Below, piece by piece: positions 9,713 through 17,995 of a stretch of 64,000 nt of DNA. Position numbers and translations under genes: made by a program. Source of the stretch: an uncultured Pseudomonadota bacterium (lineage in GTDB: Bacteria; Oederibacteriota; Muellerivitia; Muellerivitales; Muellerivitaceae). The stretch's first letter is position 1. Each line of letters starts with the position of its first letter. The stretch lies in contig CAVYRH010000026.1 in the NCBI GenBank assembly GCA_963770835.1, positions 160,001 through 224,000 on the forward strand, written 5' to 3'. A model generated the notes under the pieces. It did no database searches. It saw nothing but the letters and a program-made list of their open reading frames with translations, and was not told the DNA's origin.

Positions 9713-10626
9713 CCTATTTTCCCCGTCAATTGGAACACTTCCTGGAGCTTGGGGGGATAAATGGCGGCGGGGAATTTTCGGCAAACGCAGGCCGCCAATC
9801 CCGCCGCGAAGCGGACACTTTTTTCGTCGTCCCATTTTCGCCAGAGGCCGTAAACCATCCCCGCCCGGAAACTGTCACCAGCTCCTAGGGTCCCCGACAC
9901 TTTGACCCGATAAGGGGTAAAACGCCGGAGGGGCTGCCCCTGCCGGGCGTACCAAAGAGGCCGGGAGCCGAAGGTGAAAACGGTCAGGCCTTGGGAGCGT
10001 TCCTTATAGAAGGCCATCAGGGTTTTTTCGCCTTTTTTGGGGTAATGCCGTTTGAGAAATTCCTGGGAGAGGACGTTCACGGCCGAAAAGCGGTGCAGGG
10101 ATGAATCGAAAGGGCAGTCCAGGGTGACGTAGGGTTTTCCGGCCTCGCGGCAAAGGCGGACCGCTTTTTCCGATTCGGCCCCGAAATAGGGGTCGATGGA
10201 AGCTACGGACGCCCCTTGGATGGCCGCCTTATCCGGTTGGGACCATTTGTGGCCGCCCTTTTTGGAAAAGTGGCGCCCGAACCAGCCGAACACGGTCCGG
10301 TGGAGGCCATCCACCAAAACCACGTCCCTCCACCCCTCGAAGGAGGTGTCGGTTTTCATTCCGGAACAATCCATCCCCCACTTACGGTTGAAACGAAGAA
10401 GGATCTCCCTTGTTTCGGACCCCATGTAGGGCCCCTCCGGACGGACCCGCAGGCCCAACCGGGCCAAAAGGATCGCGGCATTGCCCGTTTCCCCGCCTGG
10501 AACCACGAAGGACCTTTCGATCTCCCCGTAGTTGTCGGCTTCAGGATAGGGATCGCGCAACCGGTGGATGGTGGAAAGGACCGTCATGCCGTAAAGGTAG
10601 ACATCGATTTTCCGGGAGACAGCCAT
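9709..10626 (-). CDS. PfkB/ribokinase family carbohydrate kinase
   Basis: PGGETGN and GTLGAGDSFRAG anion-hole motifs; start could be 10644. Confidence 0.85.
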   Translation of the reverse strand: MAVSRKIDVYLYGMTVLSTIHRLRDPYPEADNYGEIERSFVVPGGETGNAAILLARLGLRVRPEGPYMGSETREILLRFNRKWGMDCSGMKTDTSFEGWRDVVLVDGLHRTVFGWFGRHFSKKGGHKWSQPDKAAIQGASVASIDPYFGAESEKAVRLCREAGKPYVTLDCPFDSSLHRFSAVNVLSQEFLKRHYPKKGEKTLMAFYKERSQGLTVFTFGSRPLWYARQGQPLRRFTPYRVKVSGTLGAGDSFRAGMVYGLWRKWDDEKSVRFAAGLAACVCRKFPAAIYPPKLQEVFQLTGKIG

Positions 10627-10664
10627 GTTGAATACACCCTTCATTTGGAAACAAGCAGGTTGTC

Positions 10665-11237
10665 TTAGATGTTTTCTTCCACGAAATGGATCAGCGAATG
10701 GATAACCTTGATGTGGATTTCCTGGGCGCGGTCCGAATAGGCCGAATGGGGCGCGCGGATTTCCACGTCGCAGAGGGAAGCCATTTGGCCCCCGCCCTTT
10801 CCCGTGAGCCCGATCACTTTCATCCCCTTTTCCCTTGCGGCCTCGATGGCGTTCAGGACGTTTTTGGAGTTCCCGCTGGTGCTGATGGCCAGCAGCACAT
10901 CCCCCTTGTTCCCCACCGCCTCCACGAAACGCGAAAAGATGAAGTCGTAACCGAAATCATTGGCCACGCAGGTGATGTGGGTGGGGTCGGCAATGGCGAG
11001 GGCGGGCATGGAGTGCCTGTTTTCCCGGAACCTCCCCGTGAATTCCTCGGCGAAATGCATGGCGTCGGACATGGAACCGCCGTTCCCGCAGGAAATGACC
11101 TTATTGCCCTTTTTAAAGGATTTCACCAATAGTTCACCCGCCTTTTCGATCGTCGAAAAGTTTTGGTGGTCGGAAGTGAACTTCGCGAGGATGCCGGAAG
11201 CCTCCATGAAGTCCTGGGCGACGATGTCTTTTTTCAT
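10665..11237 (-). CDS. gmhA: D-sedoheptulose 7-phosphate isomerase
   Basis: [33 protein letters not shown] motifs. Confidence 0.95.
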   Translation of the reverse strand: MKKDIVAQDFMEASGILAKFTSDHQNFSTIEKAGELLVKSFKKGNKVISCGNGGSMSDAMHFAEEFTGRFRENRHSMPALAIADPTHITCVANDFGYDFIFSRFVEAVGNKGDVLLAISTSGNSKNVLNAIEAAREKGMKVIGLTGKGGGQMASLCDVEIRAPHSAYSDRAQEIHIKVIHSLIHFVEENI

Positions 11238-11265
11238 ATAAGTCCTTTCCTGTTATTTGAGACTT

Positions 11266-11922
11266 TCAGAAATCGAGGTCAAAAATCTTATACAGCCTTT
11301 TATCCTCAAAACGGTCAAAAATAAAATCGGCGCGGGCCAGATCCTGTTTCCCCGAATGGGGATTGTAATAAGCCAGGCAGGCCATGCCCGCCGATTTCGC
11401 CGCCGCCACGCCATTGGCGGAATCCTCAATCACCACGCAGTCGCCGGCCGGGCGGCCATAATGCCCGGAAACCCTCAGGAAGATGTCAGGGTCCGGCTTG
11501 CCCTTGGCGACATCCTCCCCGCTGACCACCAAGCCGAAATAGTCCCGCAGGCCCAGCTTGCCCAGGATCAATTCGACGTTCTTCCGGAGCCCGGACGACG
11601 CGATGGCCAGGATGAACTTGTTTTCCCGAAGGTGGTCCAGGAGGGCCACCACGTCGTCGGTGGGGACCAAGGGCGTTTCCCGGAGCGTCTTGAATTTGAG
11701 CTCCCCCTCCCTTTCCTTCAACTCTTCCACCGTGGGAGCCAGGTTGGCTTTCTCTTTAATATAGGACCACATTTTCGTGGCCGAGATACCGACGAAGTTT
11801 TGGTATTCCTCCGGGCCGATATCCGCGCCCAGTTCCTTGAAGAACTTCCGGTTCATTTCCATGTAGATCGGTTCGCTGTCGAGAAGGACGCCGTCCAGGT
11901 CGAAGATAACGATGTTTTTCAT
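11266..11922 (-). CDS. HAD phosphatase (beta-phosphoglucomutase/CbbY-like)
   Basis: FDLDGVLLDSE, ASS, GKPDPDIF, IEDSANG. Confidence 0.9.
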   Translation of the reverse strand: MKNIVIFDLDGVLLDSEPIYMEMNRKFFKELGADIGPEEYQNFVGISATKMWSYIKEKANLAPTVEELKEREGELKFKTLRETPLVPTDDVVALLDHLRENKFILAIASSGLRKNVELILGKLGLRDYFGLVVSGEDVAKGKPDPDIFLRVSGHYGRPAGDCVVIEDSANGVAAAKSAGMACLAYYNPHSGKQDLARADFIFDRFEDKRLYKIFDLDF

Positions 11923-12022
11923 AAGCCCCTATCCCATCATCGGTAAAACAGTCAACGAACTTCCTTTGACCGGTTTATCCGCCTTTTATATCAGCTTCCG
12001 AGCCATCATTTTAAAATAGCCG

Positions 12023-12052
12023 GGTAACCAAAGCCGCTCAGGGAACGTCCAA
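12023..12052 (+). promoter_or_regulatory. Putative ECF sigma promoter
   Basis: GGTAAC-N17-CGTCCAA, 28 bp before the ATG at 12081; same motif seen at four other loci. Confidence 0.55.
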
Positions 12053-12080
12053 TGAGGGTCGGTTAAATCCGGAGGAAAAA

Positions 12081-12833
12081 ATGAAAAGAACAGGCCTTGC
12101 CGGTTTGTTGGTTTTAAGCGCACTTTTGCTTTGGGGAACCATCCCCGCTTCGGCCGACCCGGCCTGGGACCAATACCTGGCCCTCAATCCGGACCAAAAG
12201 GCCCAGCTGAAGGCCGCCAATGAAAAAAGGAAGGGGCCCCTGGACATCGTCCGCCAGGACAAGGACGACGCCACCCAAAACCTAGTCACCCAGGTAAAAG
12301 CCAACGCCGGGGACGCCGTCATCCTGCCGGTCCTGAACCAGGTCTTGGACGACATCCAAGTCATCGACCACGCCGATGAGACCTATTGGCCGACCCTTTC
12401 CGGTTTCCTCACCCCCACCCAAGTGGCCAAGATCTACCTAAAGGGCCATCCGCCCAGGAGCACCATAGCGCCTGCCGTCCAGCATCCCAATAACCCCAAT
12501 CCCCATCCATCTTTTAAATGGGATGCCTATTTCGGCCTCAGCCAACCGGTGGCCATCCAGTTCAAGGCCGCCGACCAGGCCCGGAACAAGCAGATGAAAA
12601 ACCTCCGGGAAGACCAGGAAGCGGCGGTCGAACAATTGAACCAGTTGGTCCAATCGAACGCGGCGGACTCGGCCATCCAGCCCACCCTGACCACGCTTCT
12701 GAACGACCTCCAAAGTGAGCACCAAATCGAGCAGACTTTTTGGGGAACCACCCTGCCGGGATTTCTCTCCCCCACCCAAATGGCCAAGCTCTACTTGCAC
12801 CGCCACCCGCCTAAGGGCGGGTTCAATCCATAG
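12081..12833 (+). CDS. Secreted protein with two tandem Spy/CpxP-like helical domains
   Basis: signal peptide; duplicated unit WDxY..L...(L)T/SPTQxAKxYLxxHPP with an LTxxQ-like motif. Confidence 0.6.
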   Translation: MKRTGLAGLLVLSALLLWGTIPASADPAWDQYLALNPDQKAQLKAANEKRKGPLDIVRQDKDDATQNLVTQVKANAGDAVILPVLNQVLDDIQVIDHADETYWPTLSGFLTPTQVAKIYLKGHPPRSTIAPAVQHPNNPNPHPSFKWDAYFGLSQPVAIQFKAADQARNKQMKNLREDQEAAVEQLNQLVQSNAADSAIQPTLTTLLNDLQSEHQIEQTFWGTTLPGFLSPTQMAKLYLHRHPPKGGFNP

Positions 12834-13008
12834 GAATCCCTCCCTTCACCGCCATGGTTTCCATTCCATAGTTTGAGGCCGTGATTTCCCATCGGGTAAA
12901 AATTACCCGGTTTTTTTGAAATTTCCGTCCGTCCCACCCCCATTTTCAGTGGTCTTTCTCATTTGCCGCATGGCACGGCCCTTGCCATTCCTTATCCCAA
13001 GGAATGCC

Positions 13009-13542
13009 ATGAAAAAAATCAGCCTGTTTCTTTTAGCCTTGGGCGCAACCTTGCCCGCCTTTGCCGCCCCGGATTTGGCGGAAAAGATCGCGCGGCAATA
13101 CCTCCCCCTTTTACAAAAATTGGCCGGTGAAAAGTTCCTCCTGCGGGAGGTCCGGGCCCGCAACGCCTCGCCCCTTACCCCCGAAGAGGCCCAAAAAGTG
13201 GAGAAGGCCTGGACCGAGATCGGCATTTCGGATTTGGAGCACCCTTATCTTTTCAACCCCGCCACCCAGGTGATCCACGGCTACGAGTACCGGATTCCGC
13301 CCATGTTCAAGTGCTTCGTTCTCGACCAATGGGGCAATGTGGTGGGGACGGACCCCCAAAGCACCCATTTCATCCATGGTCCGATGGATAAATTCCTGAA
13401 GTGCTACAACCGGGGCCGGGTCTACATCAACCCGCCGGGGTTGGATGTCTCCACCAAAATTTACTCGGTCCAGGTGTCGGTGCCTGTTTTCGACCGGGGC
13501 CGCACCATCGGCGTCCTGGTCGCGACCCTTTCACTGGAATGA
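13009..13542 (+). CDS. Stand-alone secreted Cache/PDC-like sensor domain protein
   Basis: signal peptide; FVLDQWGNVVG...QVSVPVFDRGRTIGVL, typical PDC beta-sheet; 10 bp before the histidine kinase. Confidence 0.6.
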   Translation: MKKISLFLLALGATLPAFAAPDLAEKIARQYLPLLQKLAGEKFLLREVRARNASPLTPEEAQKVEKAWTEIGISDLEHPYLFNPATQVIHGYEYRIPPMFKCFVLDQWGNVVGTDPQSTHFIHGPMDKFLKCYNRGRVYINPPGLDVSTKIYSVQVSVPVFDRGRTIGVLVATLSLE

Positions 13543-13552
13543 GGAAAACCCA

Positions 13553-15046
13553 ATGACTTTCTTCTCGAACATGAAACTCAGCGGCAGGCTGTTCCTCAGC
13601 GTGGCCGTGATGGCCGCCGCCATGGCCCTTATCGTCATCGCGGGATACTACCTGGCGGACGGGGCCTTCCACGGATTGAACGGGGTTTACCGCCAAGCCA
13701 ACGCCAAGACCGCCGCGGGCGTGAAACTGACGGAAAACTACTCCAAGGACCTGGTCAGCCTGGTCAACAAACTGGCCCTGGGGTCCTATCCCTGGGAGGT
13801 CGGCATGGGGCGGCTTTCGGAAATCGAGGGAAGTATCCGCTCCAACCGCGCCATCCTGCGGCAGCCGCCCTTGAACCCGGATGAAACCCAAATGCTCCGC
13901 GACATCGACGCCCAAGCCGCCGTGGCGGACACCTTCATGGGCCAACTGCGGACGGTTTTAAGGGAAGGGAACCGTGAGGAACTGCGGAAACTGCAACACA
14001 GTCTTTACCCTTCCGTGGATACTGTCGATTTCCGGATGGAACTTTACCTGAACTACGAACTGGGGCGGTCCAAACTACTGGCGGAAGCCAACCAAGGTTC
14101 GTTCCAAAAGTCCTACGGCGGGATGGCCCTCTTGACCCTAGCGGGTGTCCTTGCCCTCTTCTTGCTCGTTTCATTCCATCTGCGGCACGCCGTTTCCCGG
14201 CCCCTCCGGAGCCTGGTGGAGCGCATGCGGGACATCGCCGAGGGAGAGGGGGACCTGACCCAGCGGCTGGAAACCACGGGCCAGGACGAGATCGGGGAAG
14301 TTGCCAGGGCCTTTAACACCTTCACCGGCAAATTGAGGACCGTGTCCGAGATGAAACAGGAACTGATCGCGGTGGTCTCGCACCAGCTCAAGACCCCGGT
14401 GGCGGAGATCAACGGCTATATCGAAAACATGCTGGAAGGGCTGGCCGGGGAATTGAATCCCAAACAACGGGAATACTTGGAGGAAATGCGGGGAATCGGC
14501 TGGGAAAACTACCAGCTGATCAGCGACCTTTTGAGCGTTTCCAAACTGGAGCGGGGCGTAGCGAAGGTGGCTTTAAAGCCGGTTTCGGCGCGGCGCATCG
14601 TGGGGCTTTCGATACGCGATTACGAGAAACTCATCCGGCGCAAGGGCCTGGACCTGGTCATCGATATGCAGGCGCGGGACGTTTGGGTGAACGCCGACGA
14701 GGACAAGACCGTGGAGACATTGCGCAACATTATCAACAACGCGGTGAAATGCACCGACCGGGGGTCCATTTCCATCCGTTGGAAGGCCGAGGACGGAAAG
14801 GGCCTCATTGATGTCATGGACACGGGCATCGGAATGGAGCCCGGCGTGCTGGAAAGGCTTTTCACCAAGGCGCGGGTTTTGGGGCAGGAGGCCCACCGGT
14901 CCGGGGCTGGGCTGGGGCTTTTCATCGGCAAGGAGTTCATGAAACTGCAAGAGGGGGATATCCGGGTTGCTTCCGAACCCGGCCGGGGGAGCTGTTTCAC
15001 CCTGGTGATGCCCCGGTGCGCGGAAGAAAGGGAGGGGGCGGCATGA
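13553..15046 (+). CDS. Membrane sensor histidine kinase (periplasmic helical domain, HAMP, HisKA, HATPase)
   Basis: 2 TM; HAMP GDLTQRL..DEIGEVA; H-box SHQLKTP; N, G1 (DTGIG) and G2 (GAGLGL) boxes. Confidence 0.92.
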   Translation: MTFFSNMKLSGRLFLSVAVMAAAMALIVIAGYYLADGAFHGLNGVYRQANAKTAAGVKLTENYSKDLVSLVNKLALGSYPWEVGMGRLSEIEGSIRSNRAILRQPPLNPDETQMLRDIDAQAAVADTFMGQLRTVLREGNREELRKLQHSLYPSVDTVDFRMELYLNYELGRSKLLAEANQGSFQKSYGGMALLTLAGVLALFLLVSFHLRHAVSRPLRSLVERMRDIAEGEGDLTQRLETTGQDEIGEVARAFNTFTGKLRTVSEMKQELIAVVSHQLKTPVAEINGYIENMLEGLAGELNPKQREYLEEMRGIGWENYQLISDLLSVSKLERGVAKVALKPVSARRIVGLSIRDYEKLIRRKGLDLVIDMQARDVWVNADEDKTVETLRNIINNAVKCTDRGSISIRWKAEDGKGLIDVMDTGIGMEPGVLERLFTKARVLGQEAHRSGAGLGLFIGKEFMKLQEGDIRVASEPGRGSCFTLVMPRCAEEREGAA

Positions 15047-15468
15047 ACCAAGGGAAAACCATCCTGATCGTGGAAGACCAGCCGGGATTCCGGCGCATCT
15101 ACCGGGACATCCTGGAGAGCGAGGGTTACGCGGTTTTGACCGCCGAGGACGGGGAAAAGGGCCTGGATTTGGCGAGGTTCCACCGGCCCGACCTAGTCCT
15201 GCTGGATTTGGGACTGCCCCGCATGAACGGCTACGAGGTGCTGCGGAAAATCCGCGAGGACGTTTCCATGGACAAAGTGAAGGTGATCATCTTTTCCGTC
15301 ATGGGCGAGGAGAAGGACGTGCAAAAGGGCATTTCCCTGGGCGCCAACGGTTATGTGTTGAAGGGCGGCCATACCCCCCGGCAGGTCATCGACCAGATCG
15401 CCGGAATGCTAGGGTCCTCCCCGGACCAGGTGGTCCAGATGTCGGATTCCAGTTCTCCCAAGGTTTGA
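15043..15468 (+). CDS. Single-domain response regulator
   Basis: VEDQ, LLDLGLPRMNG, K motif; ATGA overlap with the kinase. Confidence 0.92.
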   Translation: MNQGKTILIVEDQPGFRRIYRDILESEGYAVLTAEDGEKGLDLARFHRPDLVLLDLGLPRMNGYEVLRKIREDVSMDKVKVIIFSVMGEEKDVQKGISLGANGYVLKGGHTPRQVIDQIAGMLGSSPDQVVQMSDSSSPKV

Positions 15469-15690
15469 TGGGTCCGGTACAGCCCTGCCCTCAAGGCGGA
15501 CTCAAGCCCCAAAAGAGCGCTAAAAGTATAGTCACCCTCATTTGTTTACCAAAAATCCGACGCTGTTTACCAAATAATTGGCAGAAAGGGCTGCTCGGGT
15601 GACAACCGGGTTCTCAGCCATACCCTTATCCGGCTGGGGAGGCCGTTCGCCGGGCGAACAAAATTGGAAGAATATGCCCCTTTGACCGCC

Positions 15691-15847
15691 GGTATTGTTT
15701 CAGTTTGAATTGGATGACTTAGGCACCCCTCACCCTACCCTCTCCCCCAAGGGGCGAGGGTTTTTAGTGGTGTTTCCCCCTCTCCCTTGAGGGGAGAGGG
15801 CGGGGTGAGGGTGGAGTAACATTTTCTTTTCAAGCTGAGACACTACC
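15691..15847. repeat. Nested palindromic element: 19-bp outer inverted repeat enclosing an inverted REP-like doublet
   Basis: GGTATTGTTTCAGTTTGAA / TTCAAGCTGAGACACTACC (16/19) around CCCTCACCCTACCCTCTCCC..GGGGCGAGGG and its inverted partner. Confidence 0.8.
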
Positions 15848-15896
15848 TGACGGCCGAAGGTTGACCCGCGGCGGGTCAAATTGGAAGCAAAATCCC

Positions 15897-16679
15897 CTAG
15901 TTCCCCTTCACCCACCGGTAAACCATGGTGACGGTCATTAAAAGCGTCAGGATCAGGATGATGGGCCGGTAGACAGCCTCCAGGGTTTCCCGCCTTATCC
16001 GGCTGACGAGCCAGGGGGCGCTCAAGCCCCCCAGGATCGACCCCGCCGCCAGGGGCAAAACCAGGCCCCATTGAACGTCCCCCAGGCGAAGGTGGGCCAG
16101 GAAACCCGCCGCCGAAATACCCACCAGCACGAAGACCGAGGTGCCGATGGTCTCGATGGCCGAACAGCCCAGCATGGTCAGTCCCACGAGCACCGGGGGC
16201 GTCCCCGAGATGCCCAGGATGCCCGAAAGTACCCCGCCGAAGGCCCCGTAAGCCGCCCCTTCCCAAAGCTCCGCTGTCCTGACCGGCGCGTTGACCGGGG
16301 CGGGCTTTTTCTTTTTGAAATACTTCAGGCCCAATTCGACCGACATGTAGATGAAGAGGGCGGTGAAAAGGGGCTTATAGAGGAAGGCCGGCAGTTTGGA
16401 GGAAAGCAGGCTGCCCGCCACCGCGCCGACGATCCCGCCCGCCGCCATGGGAAGCCCGAAGGCCAGCCGCAGGTTGCCGTTGCGCCAATGGCTCCAGCTT
16501 CCCGCCATGGTCGTGGGCAGCACCGTGGCCAAGGAGGAGGAGACCGCCACCGCGCCGGGCATGTTGAAGAAGGCCGTCAGACAGCCCGTGAAGAGGGCCC
16601 CACCGCCACCACCCAGGGAGTTAGTGAGGAAGCCGATGAAGAGGCCGGTGAGGGCAAGTCCAAGGTCGAGGTGGGACAT
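15897..16679 (-). CDS. TSUP (TauE/SafE) sulfite exporter family permease
   Basis: GGGGGALF, AVSSSL, second repeat SGILGISG; about 8 TM. Confidence 0.85.
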   Translation of the reverse strand: MSHLDLGLALTGLFIGFLTNSLGGGGGALFTGCLTAFFNMPGAVAVSSSLATVLPTTMAGSWSHWRNGNLRLAFGLPMAAGGIVGAVAGSLLSSKLPAFLYKPLFTALFIYMSVELGLKYFKKKKPAPVNAPVRTAELWEGAAYGAFGGVLSGILGISGTPPVLVGLTMLGCSAIETIGTSVFVLVGISAAGFLAHLRLGDVQWGLVLPLAAGSILGGLSAPWLVSRIRRETLEAVYRPIILILTLLMTVTMVYRWVKGN

Positions 16680-16739
16680 CAAGGTTCCTTATCTAGAGTT
16701 TCGTTAATTATCTTGTAACCTTGTACAACACTGATAGTT

Positions 16740-17303
16740 TTACTTCCTTTTTGACTTAGATGCCGTCTCGGCTTCTTGAAGTTCAAGAGCCTTTTTCACC
16801 CTATCGATAAGCACAATCGCATCGTTTGCATCTTCTTGAGCTGAGGACGGCGGACCTACAGAGCCATGAACAAGCTTCCCGCTCTCCTCAAAGAATAGAG
16901 CCTTTTCATGAATTAAATCATTACGCGAGTCTCTGAATCGCTTACATGCCGCTAAAAGTTCTTGATCTGTAATGCTCATCATTTCTAATTTTTTTTCATA
17001 AGTCATGCGATCAAAATCTTTCAAAAACTTCTCCGAACAATTTTCAAAACGTCTTAGTCCTTCGATGTAGAGAAGTGCATCTAAATAAACACCGGAAAAC
17101 GCAATTGCGATCAATGCATATTTAAAAGACTTCTGATCGGGATCCAACGTAGTAACATATCGGCCTTCTTGACCCGGCATTGGTTTACGCGCAGCCTCTA
17201 AAAGTTCTTTTGATTTTGCCTGTGAATCTTTTGCGATTTCTAAAAAAGTTTGAAGATTAGTGCTCATCCATTGTTTAGGTTGTTCTGGTTGGTTGTCTGT
17301 CAA
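16740..17303 (-). CDS. AT-rich hypothetical protein with HEPN-like RxxxxH motif
   Basis: TTG start with AAGGA SD; helical protein with RNDLIH; composition visibly AT-richer than neighbours. Confidence 0.55.
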   Translation of the reverse strand: MTDNQPEQPKQWMSTNLQTFLEIAKDSQAKSKELLEAARKPMPGQEGRYVTTLDPDQKSFKYALIAIAFSGVYLDALLYIEGLRRFENCSEKFLKDFDRMTYEKKLEMMSITDQELLAACKRFRDSRNDLIHEKALFFEESGKLVHGSVGPPSSAQEDANDAIVLIDRVKKALELQEAETASKSKRK

Positions 17304-17438
17304 AATGTATTCCTTTCAAACCAAATGGGCCTAAGTTTTTTCTCATTGTACATCTCGGGATTTATCTCAAAACCACGTTTATAAAACACTTAAAAGCGTA
17401 ACTAATACATAGCAAAGACCAGATGTTAAAATGTCCGG

Positions 17439-17987
17439 ATGAATCCCTTCCCACCAGGTTATGACCCGCAAAAAGACAAAATCGAAATCGTCGATTACGA
17501 CCCCCGATGGCCGGAACGATTCGACCTCGAAAAAAGGGCGATACGGCATGCCTTGGGTTATTTCGCGGGACTTCGGATCGAGCATTTCGGAAGCACTTCC
17601 GTGCCGGGCCTTGCGGCCAAGCCCAGTTTGGACATCCTGGTGGGGGTTTCTTCGAAACAGGATTGGCCCAGGATGATCCAGCCCCTCGCGGTGTTGGGAT
17701 ATGTGCAAGTGCCGGGCGCCTTTGATGACGCGATCCGCTGGTTTTTCGTCAAAGGGTTGCCGCCCTACGGGGAAAAGCGCACCCATCACCTCCATGTTTG
17801 TGAATTGGAATCGGAAGAATGGAAGCGGGAATTGGCCTTCCGGGATTACCTGCGTGGCTATCCCATTGACGCCATGAAATATGAAGCCCTGAAGCGCGAA
17901 CTGGCCGCGAAATTCGCGACCGACCGGGAAGCCTATACCGAAGCCAAAAGCGAATTTATCAAGGAGATTTTGAAGAAGCGCACTTAA
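17439..17987 (+). CDS. GrpB / UPF0157 nucleotidyltransferase-fold protein
   Basis: YDPRW, EHFGSTSVPGLAAKPSLD, FRDYLR, YTEAK. Confidence 0.9.
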   Translation: MNPFPPGYDPQKDKIEIVDYDPRWPERFDLEKRAIRHALGYFAGLRIEHFGSTSVPGLAAKPSLDILVGVSSKQDWPRMIQPLAVLGYVQVPGAFDDAIRWFFVKGLPPYGEKRTHHLHVCELESEEWKRELAFRDYLRGYPIDAMKYEALKRELAAKFATDREAYTEAKSEFIKEILKKRT

Positions 17988-17995
17988 GCGGATAT

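Noticed and set aside
16683..17340. Integron gene cassette around the AT-rich orphan
   Set aside because: Only a CTTAGGC near-match upstream; no attC palindrome downstream and no integrase
16740..17987. HEPN-MNT toxin-antitoxin pair (orphan plus GrpB)
   Set aside because: Genes are divergent and differ in base composition; GrpB is not the minimal nucleotidyltransferase family
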